Assembly: GCA_964616985.1 (NCBI GenBank)
Contig: CAZTVF010000005.1
Span: forward strand, 6,771 to 70,770
DNA length: 64,000 bases
Reading direction: 5' to 3'
Source: an uncultured Planctomycetaceae bacterium
GTDB taxonomy: Bacteria > Planctomycetota > Phycisphaerae > SM23-33
In this document: positions 28,977-36,096 of the stretch, piece by piece
Layout: the number at the start of each line of letters is the position of its first letter
Position numbering within the stretch: the first letter of the stretch is position 1
Made by a program: the position numbers and the translations under genes
The notes under the pieces: model-generated
Database searches by the model: none
Seen by the model: only the letters and a program-made list of their open reading frames with translations
What the model was told of the DNA's origin: nothing

Positions 28977-29750
28977 GTGCCGGGCAGCCAGACAATTCAA
29001 TCGGTGGAGCGGGCGATGGACGCCCTTGAGCGCATCGCGCAGGCGCCGCAGGGCCTGACGCTGGCGGCGCTGGCGGCGGGGCTGGGCCTCAAGCCGCCCA
29101 CCGCGCACGCGATCCTGCGGACGCTCGCCGCCCGCGGCTACCTCCGCCGCCTGGACAAGCCCGCGCGGTACGCGATCGGGCCGGCTGCGGCGGCCTTGGC
29201 TGCGGCGGGCGCGCCGCTCCCCTGGCGCCAGGCCGCCCACGAGGCCATGGCCCGCCTCGCACGCCAGTTGCCCAAGGCCACCGTCGTCCTGGTGGAGGCC
29301 GTTGGCGGAGAGCTGATGACGACGCGGCGGATGAGCCCCGAGCAGCCGGGCGTCCTCCAGAAGCCCTCCCACCAGGTCATGTCGCCCTATTCCTCCGCCT
29401 CCGACCTGGCTTTTCTCGCCTTCGCGCCGGCCGATGCCGCGGCCAGCCATTGCCGCCGCTACCCCTTTGCCGAGTACGGCGCGCACCAGTGGCGCGGTGA
29501 GGCCGAGCTGGAGACCTTTCTCCAGCGGGCCCGCCGCCTGGGATACGCGCTGCGGGTGGACGCATTCTACCTCCTTCGGGCGGCCGCTCCGCTTCTGTCG
29601 CCCGAGGGCGAGCTGCTGGCGATGCTGGGGGTCTCGGCCCCCAAGGCCGGGATGACGCCGGCGATGAAGAAGAACATGATCGCCCGCCTGCTGGCGGCGA
29701 CCTCTGCGATCCATCAATCACTCAAACTTACCGCACAGGAGATCTCATGA
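28977..29750 (+). CDS. IclR-family transcriptional regulator
   Basis: It has an N-terminal wHTH (SVERAMDALERIAQAPQGLTLAALAAGLGLKPPTAHAILRTLAARGYL) and an IclR-type C-terminal effector domain. It uses a GTG start. Confidence 0.7.
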   Translation: MPGSQTIQSVERAMDALERIAQAPQGLTLAALAAGLGLKPPTAHAILRTLAARGYLRRLDKPARYAIGPAAAALAAAGAPLPWRQAAHEAMARLARQLPKATVVLVEAVGGELMTTRRMSPEQPGVLQKPSHQVMSPYSSASDLAFLAFAPADAAASHCRRYPFAEYGAHQWRGEAELETFLQRARRLGYALRVDAFYLLRAAAPLLSPEGELLAMLGVSAPKAGMTPAMKKNMIARLLAATSAIHQSLKLTAQEIS

Positions 29751-30757
29751 CGCTGACATCGGAATTCATCAAGAAGGAAGCACTCGCGCTGGGCGCCGAC
29801 GCCGTCGGCATCGGCAGCATCGATCGCTGGGCGGGGGCGCCCCTCCAGCAGGACCCGCGGCAGATCATGCCCGAGGCGCGGTCGGTCATCGCGCTGGCCT
29901 TTCGCGTGATGCGCGGCAGCCTGCGCGGCATCGAGGAGGGCACGTTCTTTTCAAACTATTCCGCTATGGGATACGGCGGCATCACGTACCTGTACATGCC
30001 GATGACGGTGATCAACGTCGCCAAGATCATCGAGGACGTCGGCTACGAGGCCATCCCGTATGGCCACCAGAGCGACTGGCGCGGCATCGATAACGTCGGG
30101 CAGACGTATGACCATTTCAGCCGTCCCGTCGCCCCCGGCCGCGCGGCCCCGGACGTGGCGGTGCATCTCCGCATCGCGGCGTACCTGTGCGGCCTGGGCG
30201 AGATCGGCTTCTCGAAGATGCTCCTGACGCCGCAGTTCGGGCCCCGGCAGCGCGTGGGCATCATCCTGACCGAGGCCGAACTGGAGCCCGACCCGATCTA
30301 CGCGGGCCCGCCGCTGTGCAACCGCTGCCTGGCGTGCGTCCGCGAGTGCCCCGGCAAGTGCTTCGACCCCTCCAAGACCGTGAAGGTCACGCTGGCCGGT
30401 CGCGAGGTCGAGTGGATGGACATCGACTGCAACGCCTGCGACGTCGCCTTCCGCGGCGCGGTGGTGGACGATTCGACGCCCCCGCAGGAGTCGTACATGG
30501 ACACCTTCGGCCACCGCACGCGGCCGGGGTCGTGGTCGCCGTTCTACAAGAAGCCTCGCAACCTCTACAACACCGGCCAGGCCGTCTGCGGCTCGCGAGG
30601 CTGCACGCGTGCGTGCATGATCTCGATGGAGTCTCGCGGGGTCGTGGCCAACAAGTTCCACCAGCCCTTCCGGCGGCGCAAGCCCTGGAGCATCGACTGG
30701 TCGCAGCCGCCGGCGGACGGTGAATCCACGGATGGTCTCAAGAGCGACACGGACTGA
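29747..30757 (+). CDS. QueG/reductive-dehalogenase-like iron-sulfur protein (DUF1730-like N-domain plus 4Fe-4S ferredoxin motif), paralog 1
   Basis: LGADAVGIGSIDRW...PEARSVIAL...YLCGLGEIGFSKMLLTPQFGPRQRVGIILTEAELEPDPI...PLCNRCLACVRECPGKC follows the QueG order (LGFDLVGI/ARSVI/LGWIGKN..ELEPD/CxxCxxCxxxCP). Additional Cys clusters lie downstream. Confidence 0.5.
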   Translation: MTLTSEFIKKEALALGADAVGIGSIDRWAGAPLQQDPRQIMPEARSVIALAFRVMRGSLRGIEEGTFFSNYSAMGYGGITYLYMPMTVINVAKIIEDVGYEAIPYGHQSDWRGIDNVGQTYDHFSRPVAPGRAAPDVAVHLRIAAYLCGLGEIGFSKMLLTPQFGPRQRVGIILTEAELEPDPIYAGPPLCNRCLACVRECPGKCFDPSKTVKVTLAGREVEWMDIDCNACDVAFRGAVVDDSTPPQESYMDTFGHRTRPGSWSPFYKKPRNLYNTGQAVCGSRGCTRACMISMESRGVVANKFHQPFRRRKPWSIDWSQPPADGESTDGLKSDTD

Positions 30758-30823
30758 AAGGGCGATGCGACCGGGCAAGCAGGGCGGCTCACCGTCGGTC
30801 GGTAGTAGTGCCCTGCAATACAA

Positions 30824-30944
30824 TATGTGAATGCGTGTGGCGGCGGCTTGCCGTTCGGCGCTGTCAGATATGGGTGACGGCATGGGCTTCTACAGCGCCG
30901 AACGGCAAGCCGGCGCCAAAGCCTTGCTCCAAGACTGAACCGTG
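30824..30944. repeat. ~115-bp long-stem hairpin element, copy A (21-23-bp perfect inverted repeat around a 29-nt loop)
   Basis: The stems are GGCGGCTTGCCGTTCGGCGCTGT ... ACAGCGCCGAACGGCAAGCCG. The conserved flanks are ATGTGAATGCGT upstream and CGCCAAAGCCTTGCTCC..AACCGTG downstream. The second copy at 33229-33350 has the loop reverse-complemented. Confidence 0.6.
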
Positions 30945-30970
30945 GAAAACTAATACAAGAGGTGAACGGG

Positions 30971-32014
30971 ATGAGCCTGAGCAGTGCGGACATCAAGAGG
31001 CGTGCGATGGAGCTTGGCGCCGACCTCGCCGGCATCGGGAACATCGAGCGATGGCAGGGGGCGCCGCGCCAGATGGACCCGCTGCAGATCATGCCCGAGT
31101 GCCGCAGCATCATCGTCATGGGCTTCCGCGTGCACCGCGGCACGCTGCGCGGCATCGAGGAGGGCACGATGTTCAGCAACTACGCGGCCATGGCGTACGG
31201 CGGCATCACGTACCTCCGCATGCCGCCGGTCATGTGGGGCCTGGCCGACATGATCGAGGATGAGGGCCACGAGGCCGCACCCATCGGCCAGATCGACTGG
31301 TGGCGAAGCTACGACGACGCCGGGCGCGTGTGGAAGGGCTTCAGCCGGCCTGTTGCCGAGGGCAAGGCCGCACCCGACGTGTCCATCCACACCCGCGTGG
31401 CCGCCTACCTCGCCGGCCTGGGCGAGTTCGGCTGGAGCAAGGTCTTCCTCACGCCGCAATTCGGCCCCCGGATGCGGTTCGGCATCGTGCTGACCGACCT
31501 GGAAGTGGAGCCGGATCCGATCTACGCCGGCCCGCCGCTGTGCAATCGCTGCATGGCCTGCGTCCGCGAATGCCCCGCCAAGGCCATCAGCCCCGACAAG
31601 AGCACCAAGGTCGTCCTGGCCGGCCACGAAGTGGAGTACGGCGAGTTCGACGCCATCCGCTGCTGCAACGTGTTCGGCGGCGGGGAGATTCCCGACGACC
31701 AGGCCTCGATCAAGAATGAGGATATTTACTCCTCCTGGCTGGGGCTCAAGTCCGTCCGGGGCTCGCACACGCCGTTCTGCAAGAAGCCCTCGCCCGTCTA
31801 TTGGACCGGCCAGGCCATCTGCGGCGGCAAGGGCTGCGTGCGGGCGTGCATGATGTCGCTCGAGGCCCGCAAGGCCGTGGGCAACCAGTTCAAGTCGCCC
31901 TTCCGCCGGCGCAAGCCGTGGTCCGTCGACTGGACGAAGGACGCCCCCGCAATCGAGGATCCCATCGCCGATTACCGTCCCCCGGCCGACCGCCCGGCCG
32001 AGGACTTTAGCTGA
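30971..32014 (+). CDS. QueG/reductive-dehalogenase-like iron-sulfur protein, paralog 2 (tandem duplicate)
   Basis: It is about 60% identical to the upstream ORF over its full length (MSLSSADIKRRAMELGADLAGIGNIERWQGAP...CNRCMACVRECPAKA). It has an RBS AGAGG. Confidence 0.5.
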   Translation: MSLSSADIKRRAMELGADLAGIGNIERWQGAPRQMDPLQIMPECRSIIVMGFRVHRGTLRGIEEGTMFSNYAAMAYGGITYLRMPPVMWGLADMIEDEGHEAAPIGQIDWWRSYDDAGRVWKGFSRPVAEGKAAPDVSIHTRVAAYLAGLGEFGWSKVFLTPQFGPRMRFGIVLTDLEVEPDPIYAGPPLCNRCMACVRECPAKAISPDKSTKVVLAGHEVEYGEFDAIRCCNVFGGGEIPDDQASIKNEDIYSSWLGLKSVRGSHTPFCKKPSPVYWTGQAICGGKGCVRACMMSLEARKAVGNQFKSPFRRRKPWSVDWTKDAPAIEDPIADYRPPADRPAEDFS

Positions 32015-32023
32015 AAACTGGCG

Positions 32024-32083
32024 TGGCGGCCTTGCGGGGCCGCCGCCAGAGCCCTGAGGGTGGCGGCCTTCGCAGGCCGCCGC
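32024..32083. repeat. two adjacent REP family 1 copies (variant GGCGGCCTTGCGGGGCCGCCGCC, then GGCGGCCTTCGCAGGCCGCCGCC)
   Basis: This is the sequence immediately after the Fe-S paralog 2 stop codon. Confidence 0.5.
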
Positions 32084-32148
32084 CCGTCATATGAGCAGCG
32101 ACAGAAGGCATAGCGCGATCGAACGCTTGACGCAACCGTAGAAGGCAC

Positions 32149-33204
32149 ATGATGACCAAGACAAGCGACAGCACGTTCCCGCGGTTCTCGGTCGGCTACC
32201 AGCTCGCCGAGGAGGGCGAAGAGTCGTTCGTTGACATCGTGAGCGACTACCGGCCGCACGTGGCGGAGGTGTACTTCCCGTGGGCCGCCATGCCCTCGGG
32301 GCGGGCCTCGCTGACCGAGCGGCGGGGCTACGTCGATTGGTCCGGCCAGGGGCGCCTGGAAGCTGACCTCAAGGCGCTGCGCGCGATGGGCGTGCGGCTG
32401 AACGTGCTGTTCAACGCGAACTGCTACGGCGGCAAGGCCGTCAGCGAGTACCTGCAGAACCAGGTAGCTTCGGTGATGGAACGCCTGCAGGAAGTCTGCG
32501 GCGGGGCCGACGTGGCCACCACCTGCTCGCCCGCCATCGCGCGGCTGATCAAGACGCACTTCGCCGCCACGCGGACGCGGGCGTCGGTCAACATGCGGAT
32601 CGGCACGGTGCAGGGCATGCAGTACGTGGCCGACATCTTCGACGAATTCTGCGTGCAGCGCGACTACAACCGCGACCTTGGCCGCCTGCGCCAGCTGCGC
32701 CAGTGGGCCGACGCGCACGGCAAGAGCCTGTCGATCCTGGTCAACAGCGGGTGCCTCGCCTTCTGCAGCGGGCAGACGTTCCACGACAACCTCGTCGCGC
32801 ACGAGCGCGAGGTGGATGAGAGCGTCAACGTCGCCGGGTGGTCACCCACGGTGTGCTGGGGGCTGCTGAAGGACAAGGCGAATTGGCCGGTGCTGCTGCA
32901 GTCCACGTGGGTCCGCCCCGAGGACATCGGCCAGTACCGCGGCCTGGTGGACATGGTCAAGCTGGCCACGCGGATGCACCAGCGGCCGCGGATGGTGATC
33001 GCCGCGTACGTGCGGGCCCGCCACCATGGAAACCTGCTGGACCTGATGGAGCCCGCCTTCTCGCCCGCGATCGCCCCGGCCGTCATCGAGAACGACCGCA
33101 TGCCCGCGGACTTCTTCGAGCGCACCAGCCAGTGCGATCGCCAATGCGACCGCTGCGGCTACTGCGCCGAGGCGCTGTCCAAGGCGCTGGTGACCCCGGA
33201 GTGA
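32149..33204 (+). CDS. hypothetical protein (Cys-rich C-terminus CDRQCDRCGYC; possible TIM-barrel enzyme)
   Basis: It is a 351-aa ORF with coding-like composition followed by a hairpin element. No confident family assignment was possible from the sequence alone. Confidence 0.3.
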   Translation: MMTKTSDSTFPRFSVGYQLAEEGEESFVDIVSDYRPHVAEVYFPWAAMPSGRASLTERRGYVDWSGQGRLEADLKALRAMGVRLNVLFNANCYGGKAVSEYLQNQVASVMERLQEVCGGADVATTCSPAIARLIKTHFAATRTRASVNMRIGTVQGMQYVADIFDEFCVQRDYNRDLGRLRQLRQWADAHGKSLSILVNSGCLAFCSGQTFHDNLVAHEREVDESVNVAGWSPTVCWGLLKDKANWPVLLQSTWVRPEDIGQYRGLVDMVKLATRMHQRPRMVIAAYVRARHHGNLLDLMEPAFSPAIAPAVIENDRMPADFFERTSQCDRQCDRCGYCAEALSKALVTPE

Positions 33205-33228
33205 GAGCTCGTAGTTCGTAACACTCCA

Positions 33229-33350
33229 GTATGTAAATGCGTCTGGAGGCGGCTTGCCGTTCGGCGCTGTAGAAGCCCCAGGGCGTCACCCATACCTGAC
33301 AGCGCCGAACGGCAAGCCGCCGCCAAAGCCTTACTCCCAGATTCAACCGT
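33229..33350. repeat. ~115-bp long-stem hairpin element, copy B (loop inverted relative to copy A)
   Basis: It has the same stems and same-orientation flanks as copy A. Its loop AGAAGCCCCAGGGCGTCACCCATACCTG is approximately the reverse complement of the copy-A loop CAGATATGGGTGACGGCATGGGCTTCTAC. Confidence 0.6.
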
Positions 33351-33359
33351 GCAGGATTA

Positions 33360-34769
33360 CTACGCCTTCACCGGCGGGCGGGTGAAGGGGCGGCGGGGCA
33401 GGGAGGTCGCCGTCTGGTATCGCCCGGGCGTGATGTGCTCTTCACCGATCACGCCGCCAGCGGCGAGCAGGTGCTGCTGCAGCATCGCGACGGGAAGCTG
33501 GCGGGGCGTGACGCCCTGGCGGATGGAAAGAGCCGCCGCGGCGCCGGCGGCCTCGCCCGTGCCCGCGCACTGGGCCATCACCCGCGTGGAGCCCAGGGCG
33601 ACGTGCGTGACGCTGATGCAGCGCCCGGCCACGAGGATGTTCTCGATCTTCCGCGGGACCAGCACGCGGTAGGGGATGTGGTAGCGGAAGCCCGTTCGCG
33701 GCCGCCACGTCGTGCCGTCCATGCCGGGCCCGTCGATGCGGTGGATGTCGATGAAGAACGAGCCGTAGCAGATGTTGTCGTCGAAACGGCACTCCTTCAT
33801 GATGTCCTGCTCGGTCAGGACGTACTCGCCCATGATCCGCCGCGACTCGCGCAGGCCGATCGTGTTGGGCGTCGAGACAAGGTAGCACTCCTCCATGCCG
33901 GCGACGTACTTGCGGAAGACGTCGATGCAGTGGAAGGCCTGGCGTCGGGCCTCGATGGTCGCGCGCGTCAGGTCCTCGGCCTTGGTCGTGTCGATGCCGT
34001 TGACGTGCGTGAAGTTGATGCCCACGAAGTGCGGCTGCGACGAATTCCACCAGAAGCCCATGATGCAGTGCTGAAAGGGCTCCATGTCGCCGTTCTGCTG
34101 GGCCTTCTCCCACACGTGGTTCATGCCGTAGCTCTGCTTGCCGTCGGGCCCGACGCGCCACGCCTCGACCTTCGCCCAATCGACGCCGCCGATGGTGAAC
34201 ATCAGCGTGACGGGCTGGCACTTGTGGTCGCCGGGGCGGCCGACTTCAAACTCGCAGCCGGCCGAGGCGGCGAGGTCGCCGTCGCCGGTGCAGTCGACGA
34301 GGCGCTTGGCGAAGACGGCCTGGCGGCCGGTCTTGTTCTGGATGACCGCCCCGACGGCGGCGCCGTCGCGGACGATCGCGCCGCACAGGAAGGTGTGGTA
34401 GAGGATCTCAACTTTCGACTCGAGCATCATCCGCTCGAGGAGGAACTTGAGCCCCTCGACGTCGAAGAACGCGCCGCCGGGGTAGCGGTCGCCGAAGCCC
34501 TCGTCGCAGACGCGGTCGACGATCTCAGCGGCGATGCCGCCGACGATGCGGTCCTGGTCGCCCCAGCTGGAGTAGATGGCCATGTAGCCGTGCCCGCCGG
34601 CCCCGGCCACGCCGCCGAGGCAGTTGAACTGCTCGACCAGCAGCGTGCGCTGCCCCAGCCTGGCCGCCGCCAGCGCCGCAGCCACGCCCGCCGGCCCGCC
34701 GCCGGCCACCACAACGTCATACTCGCCCTTGACGGGCAGTTCCCTGGCCTCTTCGAAATACCGCTGCAT
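33360..34769 (-). CDS. FAD-dependent oxidoreductase (FAD_oxidored / glucose-inhibited-division-like Rossmann family)
   Basis: It has the dinucleotide-binding motif YDVVVAGGGPAGVAAALAAARLG and a C-terminal GTGEAAGAAAAL motif. The start was set at MQRYFEE. Confidence 0.65.
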   Translation of the reverse strand: MQRYFEEARELPVKGEYDVVVAGGGPAGVAAALAAARLGQRTLLVEQFNCLGGVAGAGGHGYMAIYSSWGDQDRIVGGIAAEIVDRVCDEGFGDRYPGGAFFDVEGLKFLLERMMLESKVEILYHTFLCGAIVRDGAAVGAVIQNKTGRQAVFAKRLVDCTGDGDLAASAGCEFEVGRPGDHKCQPVTLMFTIGGVDWAKVEAWRVGPDGKQSYGMNHVWEKAQQNGDMEPFQHCIMGFWWNSSQPHFVGINFTHVNGIDTTKAEDLTRATIEARRQAFHCIDVFRKYVAGMEECYLVSTPNTIGLRESRRIMGEYVLTEQDIMKECRFDDNICYGSFFIDIHRIDGPGMDGTTWRPRTGFRYHIPYRVLVPRKIENILVAGRCISVTHVALGSTRVMAQCAGTGEAAGAAAALSIRQGVTPRQLPVAMLQQHLLAAGGVIGEEHITPGRYQTATSLPRRPFTRPPVKA

Positions 34770-34771
34770 GC

Positions 34772-36070
34772 TCACTCCTTGCACTTGAGGAAATCAGCCG
34801 CCATCTTGCCGGTGAGGGACTTTCCCGGGGTCCTGGCGGCGAGATCCTCGAGAAATTTAGCCATATCGGGCTTCAGTACGCCTTTGTCGCTGAAGAAGCC
34901 GGGGCCGCCCTTCTGGGCGAAGGCGCCGGCGAAGACGCCCAGTGTCGCCACTGCCGCCGAGGCCTTGGGTTCCTTCTTCGCCGCGGCCAGGGCGTCGGCG
35001 ACCTCCTTGGCCTTGGGATGGCCGTTGAGCTGCCGCGTGAAGATGGGCCCGTAGTACGCGCTGAGCGACGGGTCATGCTGGGCAAGCTCCTTCGTCAGCT
35101 CGACGACCTTGTCGACCCGGGCCTCGATGACCTTCTGCAGAGCGACGGCCTTTTCCTTCACATCGGCGGGGAGCTTCTCATCGGCGACGACTTTAGTGAT
35201 AGCGGCGCTGGCCTTGCCCAGTTCCAGAGCGTTGGCTTGGGCAACGATGGGCTTGAGCTCCTTCTGCGTGTAGTCCGGCGCGTAGAGGAAGGCGCAGAAG
35301 GCCAGGTCGCTGCGGCGAAAGACCCACGCGGAGGCATCGATGTCTTCGCCGGAGATGGAATGTCCCTTGCCTTTCTGGATGTGCAGGTAGATATCCGGGT
35401 TCGTGGCGCCCTTGGCGGCGCGGCCGAAAAGCTCCTGCGCTCGCTGCGGCTGGGAGGCCCCCAGCGTAGGCCGGCCGGCGTTCCACTCCTCGGTGCCCAA
35501 GGCGATCAGCCAGCTCAGCCGCGGGCAGGCGCCGGAGACGGACGTCCAGAGGTTGGAGCTGTACGGGGCCGAGTGGTTGAACTGGAAGCCGGGGGCGTCG
35601 CCCTTGCCGTACTTGTCCAGGAACAGGCCATGGATGAGCCCGCCGCCGGAGAAGGAACTGATCACGCCGCGGCCGGGGATGATCTTGTAGTCCGCCTGCA
35701 CCTGGGCGATCGCTTCGAGGGCAACCTTGAGCTTGCCGTCGGAGTCTTTGGCGTTATCCCCGTCGAGGTACGACATCTTGATGCCGATGAGATTGAACTT
35801 GTCGAGGAACTGGCCCGGCCCGTAGCCGCTAGCGGCCTCGGCGTTGCCCTTGCCCTGGCCGTGGAAGAAGATGTAGATGCCGGCCGGGTTGTCGGCGCTG
35901 TACGTCTTGGGGACGTGGACCCAGTACTGGTAGTCGGGGTTGGCGGTCGTGAACTTGAACGAGCCCGTCTTGCCCGCGTTTTCCGACGGTTTGGGCCCGC
36001 CCAGCAAGGGGGAGGCGGTGAGGCACAGGATGGCCAGGAGCGTGACAAGGAACGCGGGGGGCAAACGCAT
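34772..36070 (-). CDS. secreted alpha/beta-hydrolase (esterase-like)
   Basis: It has a signal peptide (MRLPPAFLVTLLAILCLTASPLLG), GIYIFFHGQGKG and a SFSGGG nucleophile-elbow-like motif. The assignment is tentative. Confidence 0.45.
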   Translation of the reverse strand: MRLPPAFLVTLLAILCLTASPLLGGPKPSENAGKTGSFKFTTANPDYQYWVHVPKTYSADNPAGIYIFFHGQGKGNAEAASGYGPGQFLDKFNLIGIKMSYLDGDNAKDSDGKLKVALEAIAQVQADYKIIPGRGVISSFSGGGLIHGLFLDKYGKGDAPGFQFNHSAPYSSNLWTSVSGACPRLSWLIALGTEEWNAGRPTLGASQPQRAQELFGRAAKGATNPDIYLHIQKGKGHSISGEDIDASAWVFRRSDLAFCAFLYAPDYTQKELKPIVAQANALELGKASAAITKVVADEKLPADVKEKAVALQKVIEARVDKVVELTKELAQHDPSLSAYYGPIFTRQLNGHPKAKEVADALAAAKKEPKASAAVATLGVFAGAFAQKGGPGFFSDKGVLKPDMAKFLEDLAARTPGKSLTGKMAADFLKCKE

Positions 36071-36096
36071 TGGTTTCTCCGGTGATGGCGTCGCAG

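Noticed and set aside
32149-33204. Assignment of the 351-aa ORF to peptidase family U32.
   Set aside because: There is some resemblance in the Cys-containing segment, but the U32 signature (E-x-F-x2-G-[SA]-[LIVM]-C-x4-G-x-C) is not matched. It is left as hypothetical.
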